This document shows positions 1 through 10,000 of a stretch of 50,418 bases of DNA, in pieces. A program made the position numbers and the translations under genes. The first letter of the stretch is position 1, and every line of letters begins with the position of its first letter. The stretch comes from Clostridia bacterium (GTDB lineage Bacteria; Bacillota; Clostridia; Oscillospirales; CAG-272): assembly GCA_017507905.1 (NCBI GenBank), contig JAFWAA010000051.1, positions 1-50,418 on the forward strand. The letters run 5' to 3'. The notes beneath the pieces were generated by a model, which saw only the letters and a list, made by a program, of their open reading frames with translations, had not been told where the DNA came from and did no database searches.

Positions 1-2693
1 CCGAAGATGGCGCGGAGCAGTCTCTCCTCGGCGGTCAGCTCGGTCTCGCCCTTGGGCGTGATCTTACCGACGAGAATGTCGCCCGAGCGAACCTCGGTTC
101 CCTTCTTGACGATACCCTCGGCGTTGAGGTCGCGGAGTGCGTCCTCACCGACGTTGGGGATCTCGCGGGTGATCTCCTCCGGGCCGAGCTTGGTCTCTCT
201 TGCCTCGTGGGTGTATTCCTCGATGTGGAGGGAGGTATACATATCGTCCCGCACCAGACGCTCATTCAGCAGAACGGCGTCCTCGTAGTTATAGCCCTCC
301 CAGGTCATAAAGCCGATCAGTGCGTTCTTACCCAGCGAGATCTCTCCGTTGGAGGTTGCGGGTCCGTCGGCAATGACCTGTCCTGCCTCCACGTAGTCGC
401 CCTTCTTGACGACGGGACGCTGGTTGAAGCAGGTGCCCTGGTTGGTTCTCTTGAACTTGATCAAGGTATAAACGTCCTTGATGCCACCCTCGCAAGCAAC
501 CACGATGCGGTCAGCCTGAACGCTTTCCACGTAGCCTGCACGCTCGGCAAGCACCACGACGCCGGAGTCGACGGCGGCCTTGTACTCCATACCGGTTCCC
601 ACGATGGGCGAATCGGTCACCATCAGCGGCACAGCCTGCTTCTGCATGTTGGAGCCCATGAGTGCACGGGTGTTATCGTCGTTCTCCAGGAAGGGGATCA
701 TGGCCGTTGCCACGGAGACCAGCATCTTGGGGGCGACGTCCATATAGGAGATCTCGGAGGCGTCTGCCTCAACGATCTCGGCCTTGTCGCGCGCCGTGAC
801 CTTCTGGTTGATGAAGCTTCCGTCCTCGTTGAGGGGCTCGTTTGCCTGAGCCACGATGAAGCGGTCCTCCATGTCGGCGGTCATGTATTCGACCTCGTCG
901 GTCACGATGTGCTTCACGCCGCCGTTGCCGTCGTCCACGTGGATGACCTTGCGGTAGGGAGCCTCGATAAAGCCGTAATCCGAGATCTTGGCGTAGGTGG
1001 TGAGATAGGAGATCAGACCGATGTTCGGTCCTTCAGGCGTCTCGATCGGGCACATACGGCCATACTGCGTGTAGTGTACGTCACGCACGTCGAAGGAGGC
1101 GCGGTCGCGGGAAAGACCGCCGGGGCCGAGCGCGGAGAGACGGCGCTTGTGCGTCAGCTCTGCTAAGGGGTTGTTCTGATCCATGAACTGGGACAGCTGG
1201 CTGGATCCGAAGAACTCGCGGATCGCGGTGGTCACGGGACGAATGTTGATCAGCGCCTGAACGGTCAGCTTCTCGTTGTCCTGCGTGGTCATGCGCTCCT
1301 TGATGATCTTATCCATACGGGTAAAGCCGATGCGAAGCTGGTTCTGCAGCTGCTCACCCACGGAACGGATGCGGCGGTTGCCCAGGTGGTCGATATCGTC
1401 CACGCTGCCAACGTCATGCGTCAGGCAGAGCAGATAGTTGATGGAGGCAAAGATATCGTCCACGGTGATGTGCTTGGGGCAAAGCTCGGCGATGCGATCC
1501 TTTGCCATGGCCTTGATGGCGTCCACGTCGCCCTCACACTCGGCGGCGATCTCCTGCAGAACGGAGATGCGGACTTTTTCGCGGATGCCGCAATCCTGCA
1601 GGTCAAAGCCGAGCAGATACTCGGGCTCAACGGTGTTGTTGCCAAGGACCTTCAGCACAAATCCGTCATCCAGAAGCAGCTTGACCTCGTTGACACAAGC
1701 GTGCTCCAGCTCCAGTGCCTTTTCGGGAGTGATGACGGCGCCTGCCTCGAGAAGCACCTCGCCCGTGATGGGGCTGACGACGTCCTCTGCCAGGCGGTGG
1801 TTGGCGATACGGCTGTGGATCGCCATTTTCTTATCATATTTATATCTTCCCACAGGCGCGATGTCGTAGCGCTTGGGATCGAAGAAGTAGTTGTTGATGA
1901 GGGTGCGTGCAGCCTCCTCAATGGGGGGCTCGCCCGGACGGAGCTTTTTGTAGATCTCCTTGAGGGCCTCCACACCGGGGGTGGAATGGTTGGCCAGAGC
2001 CAGCTGCTCGGACTCATCCTTCTCAAAGGTGGCACTCAGGTGCGAATCGTCGCCGAAGAGCGCGTAGATATCCTCGCGGGACTCCACGCCAAGCGCGCGA
2101 ATGAGGACCGTGAGGGGCATCTTGCGGTTCTTGTCGATGCGGACGTACATCACGCCCGAGGCGTCGATCTCATACTCCAGCCATGCGCCGCGATAGGGGA
2201 TGACGGTGGTGGAGTAGGTCTTCTTGCCCGCCTTGTCGATCTCGGAGGCATAGTACATGCCGGGAGAACGAATGATCTGGGAGACGATGACGCGCTCTGC
2301 ACCGTTGATCACAAAGGTTCCCGTCTCGGTCATGAGCGGGAAATCGCCCATGAAGATATCGGCCTGCTTGACCTCGCCCGTCTGCTTGTTGGTCAAGCGG
2401 ACGTTGACCTTAAGGGGTGCGGCGTAGTTGACGTCACGCTCCTTGCACTCCTCTACCGGATATTTGGGGTTCTTGTCATCCAGGGTAAAGGAAATGAATT
2501 CGATCACCAGATTGCCGGAATAATCGGTAATCGGGGAGGCATCGCGCAGAACCTCCATCAGACCCTCGTTCTTAAACCACTCGTAGGACTTCGTCTGGAT
2601 CTCGACCAGATTCGGCAGCGGGTAGTCGAAGTGGGATCGCGAGAAGCTCTTTCTGGTGTTTTGACCAAGCTTTTGATCCTTCAAATTGATCAT
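1..2693 (-). CDS. rpoB: DNA-directed RNA polymerase beta subunit (5' part; runs off the left edge of the window)
   Basis: ATG at 2693 with GGAG RBS. Translation begins [33 protein letters not shown] and includes [57 protein letters not shown] and [14 protein letters not shown]. Confidence 0.98.
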   Translation of the reverse strand, partial: MINLKDQKLGQNTRKSFSRSHFDYPLPNLVEIQTKSYEWFKNEGLMEVLRDASPITDYSGNLVIEFISFTLDDKNPKYPVEECKERDVNYAAPLKVNVRLTNKQTGEVKQADIFMGDFPLMTETGTFVINGAERVIVSQIIRSPGMYYASEIDKAGKKTYSTTVIPYRGAWLEYEIDASGVMYVRIDKNRKMPLTVLIRALGVESREDIYALFGDDSHLSATFEKDESEQLALANHSTPGVEALKEIYKKLRPGEPPIEEAARTLINNYFFDPKRYDIAPVGRYKYDKKMAIHSRIANHRLAEDVVSPITGEVLLEAGAVITPEKALELEHACVNEVKLLLDDGFVLKVLGNNTVEPEYLLGFDLQDCGIREKVRISVLQEIAAECEGDVDAIKAMAKDRIAELCPKHITVDDIFASINYLLCLTHDVGSVDDIDHLGNRRIRSVGEQLQNQLRIGFTRMDKIIKERMTTQDNEKLTVQALINIRPVTTAIREFFGSSQLSQFMDQNNPLAELTHKRRLSALGPGGLSRDRASFDVRDVHYTQYGRMCPIETPEGPNIGLISYLTTYAKISDYGFIEAPYRKVIHVDDGNGGVKHIVTDEVEYMTADMEDRFIVAQANEPLNEDGSFINQKVTARDKAEIVEADASEISYMDVAPKMLVSVATAMIPFLENDDNTRALMGSNMQKQAVPLMVTDSPIVGTGMEYKAAVDSGVVVLAERAGYVESVQADRIVVACEGGIKDVYTLIKFKRTNQGTCFNQRPVVKKGDYVEAGQVIADGPATSNGEISLGKNALIGFMTWEGYNYEDAVLLNERLVRDDMYTSLHIEEYTHEARETKLGPEEITREIPNVGEDALRDLNAEGIVKKGTEVRSGDILVGKITPKGETELTAEERLLRAIF

Positions 2694-2850
2694 TAATTTA
2701 ATCACTCCATTCCAAGAATTGGTACACTCTGAAACTTTTTCCATCGCTTAAGAGGGCAATTCTCGGGATTTTTTGAACGTCGGAGCGAGGTCCCCCGAGC
2801 CAAGGCATGCCGAAAAAAGCACAATATAAGCGATTATAATGCAGTTTACT

Positions 2851-2879
2851 ATTTTATCATCTTTTTCCGCCTTTGTCAA
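2851..2879 (-). promoter_or_regulatory. sigmaA-type promoter of rpoB
   Basis: Minus strand TTGACA (2879-2874), 17-nt spacer, TAAAAT (2856-2851) with TG extension. Confidence 0.7.
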
Positions 2880-3030
2880 GAGTTTTCTCCAATATTTTTA
2901 TAAAAAAGTTTTTCTTTTTTCATTTTAGGGCTCAAAAGCGGAAGCGGAGGACGAAAAAGGGGTGTTGAGGGGAAAACTCGCGGTGAAAAAAATATTTTTC
3001 AAAAAAAATCAAAAAATTTTGAAAAAGGGG

Positions 3031-3059
3031 TTGCAATTTGAAAAAAAGTATGCTATAAT
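3031..3059 (+). promoter_or_regulatory. sigmaA-type promoter of tRNA-Glu
   Basis: TTGCAA, 17-nt spacer, TATAAT with TG extension; A/T-rich UP-like region upstream. Confidence 0.8.
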
Positions 3060-3078
3060 AGGCAAGGTTTGAAGCCAC

Positions 3079-3153
3079 GGCCCGTTGGTCAAGCGGTCAA
3101 GACGCTAGCCTCTCACGCTGGAAACATGGGTTCGATTCCCGTACGGGTCACCA
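3079..3153 (+). tRNA. tRNA-Glu (anticodon CUC)
   Basis: GGCCCGT...ACGGGTC acceptor stem, anticodon loop CT-CTC-AC, GGTTCGATTCC T-arm, encoded CCA. Confidence 0.95.
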
Positions 3154-3192
3154 AAAAAGAAACATCCGAACACCGTTCGGATGTTTCTTTTT
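3154..3192 (+). terminator. Intrinsic terminator after tRNA-Glu
   Basis: AAAAAGAAACATCCGAAC-acc-GTTCGGATGTTTCTTTTT. Confidence 0.85.
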
Positions 3193-3374
3193 ATCCAAGC
3201 CGACAGGCTTGGCATGGAATCACGCGTCAGCGTGCATGGAATCGCCGCAGGCGTATGGCATCACCGCAGGTGTATTTCTCTGTCGGCTTGATTCCATACG
3301 CGACTTCGTCGCAATTCCATACCGCGGCGAGCCGCGGATTCCATACACGCCTTCGGCGTGATTGGGACGCGGAA
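3192..3374 (+). repeat. tRNA-associated seven-hairpin structured element, copy A (ncRNA or ssDNA structure)
   Basis: Seven short hairpins separated by three YATGG(A/C)AT and three ATTCCATA linkers; both ends identical to the copy at 32452-32655. Confidence 0.85.
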
Positions 3375-3385
3375 AGGAGAAGAAG

Positions 3386-3739
3386 ATGGCAAAGAATTTG
3401 TTGCTTGAATATTCCGAACAATTAGCTTGTGAAATTGCAGCGCTTTGCAACGAGCACAAAATAGACTCCAATACCGTATATCAAATCAAAAAATCCTCAT
3501 CAAGTGTTTTCGCCAACATTTCCGAAGCTCAATATCCTCAAAGCCTCGCAGATATGCTATCCAAATTTGAAATCGCACGAAAGGAATGTGCAGAGACCGA
3601 AAGCTGGCTCAAATTAATTTTCTCTTCCGGAAGTATTGACGAAAGCACCTTTAGGCGGCATCGCAATCTCTGTGGAAGAATACGCAGAATGCTGACAGCA
3701 TCGTGCATAACGATCGAAAGCAAAATAAAGCAAGGCTGA
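3386..3739 (+). CDS. Four-helix-bundle protein (23S rRNA intervening-sequence protein / Avd-like fold)
   Basis: AAGGAG RBS. Motif QIKKSSSSVFANISEA...SLADMLSKFEIARKECAETESWL matches the family pattern QxxRSxxSxxANIxE...FxxKxxIAxKExxETxxWL. Confidence 0.85.
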   Translation: MAKNLLLEYSEQLACEIAALCNEHKIDSNTVYQIKKSSSSVFANISEAQYPQSLADMLSKFEIARKECAETESWLKLIFSSGSIDESTFRRHRNLCGRIRRMLTASCITIESKIKQG

Positions 3740-3755
3740 AAAGCCTTGCTTTTTT
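3727..3755 (+). terminator. Intrinsic terminator overlapping the four-helix-bundle stop codon
   Basis: AAAGCAAGGCT-gaaa-AGCCTTGCTTTTTT. Confidence 0.75.
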
Positions 3756-3772
3756 CATTGGTTCCCTTTCCC

Positions 3773-4006
3773 AACGGCGAAATTCCCGTAGGATACTTCC
3801 CTACCGCACGTCTTGCGACGTGCGGTTTCTTTTTTTGCCGATTCCGCGCGCGGAATCGGAGAAGCGTCTGCTTGCAGACGCTTGGGTTCGCATACCCCGC
3901 CCGAAGATCGGAAAGCTCGCTTTCCAGGCGCAGGGCGAGGGTATATTCGCTAACGGCGAAATTCCCGTAGGGCACTTCCCTGCCGCACGTCGCAAGACGT
4001 GCGGTT
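3773..4006 (+). repeat. Two 55-bp direct repeats (3773-3827, 3952-4006) ending in a CCGCACGTC-N4-GACGTGCGG hairpin
   Basis: AACGGCGAAATTCCCGTAGG..ACTTCCCT.CCGCACGTC....GACGTGCGGTT occurs twice; a third partial copy lies at 11378-11443. Confidence 0.85.
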
Positions 4007-4033
4007 GATCGCGCAGATGATTGCGCATTGATT

Positions 4034-7000
4034 TTAGAAAAGCCTTTTCCTTCTGCCGATGGCCGCAAGGACAGCCAGAACGCCGCATCCTGTCAGCGAA
4101 ACTCCTGCCATGGAGCACGAAACCGTGGTGAGGGACTTGAGCTCGTCGGTCTTTTCCTCAAGCTCTGTGTTCTTTTCCGCAAGCTCGCCGTTCTTCTCCT
4201 CCAGCGCCGCCTTGATTTCATCAAGATCCTTCTGAATTGCCCTGATCGCTCCGTCGAGAGCCGCATACGCTTCCTCGATCTTTGCGGTCATAGCCGCCTT
4301 GTCTTTCGCATCTGCCGCTTCAAGAGCAGCCTTTGCCGCATCAAGTGCCTTATTCAGATTGATGATCTTACCGTCAAGGGCTGTGTCGCCGTCGGCGATC
4401 GCCTTACCAAGCTCTGCCTTTGCATCGTCGAGATTCTTCTGAACGGTCTTGATCGCTCCATCGAGAGCCGCATCTGCCGCCTCGATCTTTGCGATCAGCT
4501 CTGCTTTAAGCGCTTCGTCTGCCGCACCGTATGCGGAGATCGCATTTTCCAGCGCCTTGCCAAGATCGGCGATCTTGCCGTCAAGCTTCGTATCGCCATC
4601 TGCTATCGCCTGCTCGAGCTCTGCCTTTGCATCGTCGAGATTCTTCTGAACCTCTGCGATCTTTGTATGGAGTGCGCTCTCTGCCTCGGTGATCTTACCG
4701 TCGAGGGTCTCGTCACCTGCGGTAGCCGCCGCCTTTGCCGCCTCGATAGCCTTGTTCAGAGCGTCGATCGCCTCCGTAAGTGCGTTCGCATTGTTAAGGT
4801 CTGCTGTCTTGAGCTCCTCAACAGCCTTGTTGAGATTTGCCTGGACCTCTGCTACTTTACCCTCGAGTGCCTTGTCAGCCTCGTCGATCTTTGCGTCAAG
4901 CTCGTTCTTGAGAGCGGTGTCGGAGGTGGTAGAAAATGCCCTTGCATCCTCGATCGCCTTATTCAGCGCTGTGATAGCGTCCTCAAGCGCCTTTGCGTCA
5001 GCCGCGTCAACAGCCTTCAATTCCTCGATCGCCTGTTCGATCTTACCGATAGCCTTTTCCGCATCGGTAAGTCTTGCGTCAAGAGCCGCGATCAGCTCGT
5101 TTGCCTTCTTGATCTCTTCATCAAGCACAGCCTTCAAAGCCGCATCCTGCGTGTCAGCATACGCTTCCGCCTCCTTGATGAGAGCCTTCAGCACGTCAAC
5201 CGCCTTGTTCAGCGCATCGGTATTGGACTTGTCAGCCGCTTCAAGCTCGCCTACTGCCTTGTTGAGGGCCGCGGTGTAAGCGTCGGTCACTTCCTGCTTT
5301 GCCGCCGCGATGGCATCCTCAACCGCCTTGTCGGTGGCGTAGGTGCTGTCAAGTGCGTCGATAAGGTCTGTGACCTTCTTGATCTCTGCCGCAAGCTCGT
5401 CGGGATCGATCTGCGCCGCGATCTTTGCTTCAAGCTCGCCTACCGCCTTGTTGAGGGCGTCGGTAAGCTTGGTTTCCAGTGTATCAAGCGCCGTGTCGAG
5501 AGCTTCTATCGCCTTTGTCAGCGCGGAATCCTTGTTCGTCAGATCGGTAAGCTTCTCAAGTGCTTCGATAGCCTTGACCGCCTCCGCGATAGCGTCAGCG
5601 TTTGCCTTTACGTTGTTCACGTCAGCCGCGCCGACCTTTTTTTCAAGCTTTGTCACACGCTCGGTGAGCTTTTCGATCAGCTCGTTGAGCTTTTCGTCAG
5701 CCGCCTTGTAAGCGTCCTCAAGAGCGGTTATATCGCCTTCAGCCGCCTCAATTGCCTCCTTTGCCTCTGCCATCGCTGTCTCAAGAGCCGTTACTCGGTC
5801 AACAAGCACGCCGATATCGTCGGTATCCAGTCCCGCAATAGCGTTTTCCAGCTTTGCGAGAAGGTCGGAGGAGCTGGTAGCCTTCAGCTCGATGGGGGTA
5901 TCCGAAGTGAATTCAAAGTACTTGCCATCCATCGTTTGAACATATACCCACAGGTAAACAGAGTCTCCCGGATCAACGTTAAGATTGAGCACGTCTGTGT
6001 AATTGTCCTGCTTTGTATGTCCCGAGCTGTCATTTATGCTGTAGAGGAAAGCGTATTGATATGTGCTGTATTCGCTTGTGATCTCCTCACCCGTGTCGGC
6101 GCGGTATATCTTCACCGCAAGGGTAAGGTCGTCGCCCGGAACGATCCACTCCGGAGCAACGATCGCTGCGTAGATGGGTGCTTGGACGATCTCGTAGTCC
6201 AGCGTATCGGTATCGCCGTAATTGCCTATGCCGGTGATCGTTGCTGTGTACGTTTTAGCAGGGATAAAATCACTGCTGTCCCAGCTGATTTCGTAGTCCA
6301 CGCCCTCGGTGAGGACCTTGTCGCCGTCCTTTACGGTAACGGTGGGCACGTGAGACTCGCCGTCGTAAACGGGAGGTACGGACTTATCGTGAGAGATCTG
6401 AAGCTCACCCACGGGTTTGGGGGTTATGGTAATGATATCGTGAAATTCGCCTGTAAAGTTGATGCCTGCTGCGGTTAAAAGCACCTTCTTTTCGCCTGCA
6501 TTTGTGAAATCCCATGTGCTGAAGGAATCTATGTATTCATAATATAACTTGAGCTCGAGATCGATCCTGCCGTCATCGTCAAGGTCAAAGCCCACCTTGA
6601 GGTTGGGGGTCTTTGGTGTACCGTCGTAGACTGCGGTTTTTCCGGTATAATAATCACCGTACTCTACCATAAAGCTGTCCGATCCAAAGTCCAGAGGACT
6701 GATTGTGACGGTATACGCAAAGGTCTCGGGCAGGTCGTTGTGGTTACTGTCGCCCACTACCTTGTAATAGACATCATACTCACCTGCATCCTTCTTCGTT
6801 TCCATGTAGGAGAGCCACTCGCCGTCGTTTACCTTATACATTACGGTTCCGTCATTTGTGCTTCCGATCATATCGTAGAGCGCCTGCTCGGTACCGTTGT
6901 AGAAGATAGTTGTGTTATTGATCACGGGTGCGATGACCGCAGCAGCCCCCTTTTTGATGGTCCATGTGACTTCCTCAGGCGTCAGATCGGGAGCTTCCTC

Positions 7001-10000
7001 ATCGTTCCTTCTGATCTCGGTGCTGAACCTGACTTCTAAGCCCTGTTCGCCTGCGCTCTTCTTATCGCCGGTATATTCAATATAGTAATATTTGTCATTG
7101 TTGAGATCATACGTGCCATTGCCGGTCTTTATGGCGACGGTAACGGTAGGTACCTGTTCACCGCCGTTGTAGGTGAATTCGGTCTCGCTCTGCGTAATCG
7201 AAAGCTTGCCTATGATGACCTCGCTGTCGTGGAGGAGCTTGCTTGCGCTACTGATATTCTCGTGAGCAAAGGTCTTTACAAGGGAATCTGCATCAGGCTC
7301 ATTTACCATTACGATCTGATCAAGATTCGAGCCGATTTCGCATCCCGCGCCTACGGTGATGACCGCATCTGTATTTCCATCTTCGTCAGCTCGACGGTCC
7401 ACGTATATGGTGTCGGTAAGGTCTCTGTCTATATGAAGTGTTCCCTTGCTGTTAACGAAGGTGACGGAGGCTACGCTGTTATCAAAGTCGACGAATGTAA
7501 GCTCGCAGTATCCCGCAGAAGCATTTCCCTCGGATATGTATATACCCGTTTCGCCGCCCACGGTCAATTTGTTCGCGCCGGTGTCGACGACCGTTTTGCC
7601 CACGAGACTCAAGCGTCCGTTGACAAAGATGGAAGCGTTTTGCGAAGCCTCGGTTTTTATGACGGATACGTTTTCTTCGTGGAGATTCACCACCACAACG
7701 TTAGCGTCCTCTTCGACGATCAGCGCAATAAAATCGGAGCTTACGATATCGTATCCGTTAAGATCGAGGCGGAAATGGGGGAGGTCTCCGCTTATGGTCA
7801 GGGTATCGTTAAGGTCTGTAAGAAGGGTGACCACGGGATGAAGCACTTGAGCGGATATGCCTCCATTGACAAGGCTAACGATCCGATCAAAGGCATCCTC
7901 CACCTTGAAGTAGAGCTCTGTCGCCCCCTCGGCATCAGCGTCGCCGCTTGTGATGTAGTCAAGCTTTGCCTCTGCCTGCGCACCGCAAGCAAGACACTTG
8001 CCGTTCGCGTCAAAGTGTTCCGACGCAATAACGTCCATATCGTGAGACACAGTCTTTTCGCTGTTGGAGTAGATCCAAGTACCGTCACATTCGAGCCGGT
8101 TGTAAACCTGATTTGTTTCTGTTCTGAATACGGGAAGTGCGTCCACGGTCTCGCCGTTGTCAACGTTCTGACCGAAAGCGTCACCCAGAAGGTGCGCAAC
8201 CTCGCCGCTTGCAAACTGTGCGGAGGTCTTGGCGGTGGTAACCTCCGCCACATCCTCAGTTGTGTTGCCCAGTCCTGCGTTGCCGATGCCGTTCTGGGGA
8301 GCACCATAGCCGTCCTCGGCACAGTCGCTCAGATAGTAGCAGTTCTGCACGATGCCGTCATTACTTCCAACCACGCCGCCGACAAATTCGTTGCCGCTGA
8401 CAGAACCGGTATTGTAGCAGTTCTGTACGGTGCCGCTGTAGTTCTCTCCAACCACGCCGCCGACATTATTCATGCCGATGACGGTGCCTTGGTTGTAGCA
8501 GTTCTCTACGGTGCCAAGGTTATATCCAACCACGCCGCCGACATAATAATTTCCGTTAAAATAGGAATCGATCACTCCTACGTTCTGCACCTTGCCGTTC
8601 GTGCCTACGTAGCCGAACAGACCCACGTAGTCTACGGCGCTATCATCGAAATACAAGCCGCTTACGGTCTTGCCGTTTCCGTCGAAGACGCCGGTGTATC
8701 CGTTCGAGTCATTACCGATGGGAGTCCACAGTCTGAAGCCCGAGGGATCGGGGAAGGTTTTTGCCATTTCGGTAAGGACGCCCTCGTTGACTACGATATC
8801 TTTGGTCAGAATGGCGTCCGCACTTGTATTCTGCGCCGTGCCGTCGGTCAACGTACCGTTCACCAGTGCCGCAAACCAATACAGCTTGCCTGCGTTGTCG
8901 ATCTCGTAGTAGCCGTCGCCGTCCGAGTCGGTTGCGGGCTGATATAGACCTTCTTCGGCGCACTCGGCGCAGAAGCCGTTGCTTGCTTCGGTGAAGGTGT
9001 GGGGCTTCGTCTTATCTTGAAGAGCCGCGTCGTTTGTGTATGCTACCGTTGTGCCGTCGCACCCGATGCACGGATAGACTTTGTTTGTAGCGGTTATCTT
9101 TACCGGAAGTTCGTCTACGGTCTCACCGTTGTCAAGGCTCTGACCGAAAACACCGTTCGACAGGTACGCAACCTCGCCGCTTGCAAACTGTGCGGAGGTC
9201 TTGGCGGTGGTAACATCCGCCACATCCTCAGTTGTGCTGCCCTGTGTTTCGTTGCCGATGCCAAATTGAATTGTACCTGCGCCGTCCTCGGCACAGCCGC
9301 TCAGATAGTAGCAGTTCTGCACGTTGTCGTTATTACTTCCAACCACGCCGCCGACATATTCGCTGCCGCTGACAGAACCGGTATTGTAACAGTGCTGCAC
9401 GGCGCTGCTGATCATGTTACGTCCGACCACGCCGCCGACATATTCGCTGCCGCTGACAGAACCGGTATTGTAGCAACGCAGCACGGTGCCGCCGTCATTC
9501 GTTCCAACCACGCCGCCCACATAGCTCACACCGCTTACGGTAACGTTGCTGTGGCAGTCGAGTACATAGGAGTTGCTTGCGAGATATCCCACGACGCCGC
9601 CTGCGGATCCGTTCCCACCGCTTACAGAGGAGTATATCGCTCCGCTTACGTGCAAATTTTGGATAAAATTATAGCCCAGGCCCAGGTCGCCGGGATTATA
9701 TTGGACATACCCGAAAAGTCCGACGTATTTGAGCTCTTGATTGGGAGATGCAGAGCTGCCGATGGTAAGGCCCTTGACGGTATAGCCTGCGCCGTCAAAG
9801 ATGCCGCTGAATACGTTATGCGAACCGTCGATACCGATGGGGATCCACGGTTTTCCCGAAAGATCGATATCCTTCGAGAGCTTGATGAATTTGCCCGAAA
9901 AAGTACTTGTCGTTGCCGTTGAGTCATTGATGCCTGTGAGCTCGGTTGCGTTGCCGTCATATCGGTTCACCAGCGCCGCAAGTGCCGCAAGCTGTGCCGA

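Noticed and set aside
207-2696. Long plus-strand ORFs 207-1166 and 1386-2696
   Set aside because: Antisense shadows of rpoB; no RBS or recognisable motifs.
3192-3374. Mini-CRISPR reading of the repeated 8-mers
   Set aside because: Repeats are only 8 nt, invert halfway, the intervening sequences are hairpins, and there are no cas genes.
3386-3739. Diversity-generating retroelement (Avd-like protein)
   Set aside because: No reverse transcriptase and no TR/VR pair with adenine-specific differences seen in the window.
4028-9922. Plus-strand ORFs of 816, 572 and 307 aa
   Set aside because: Antisense to the surface protein; explained by codon bias.
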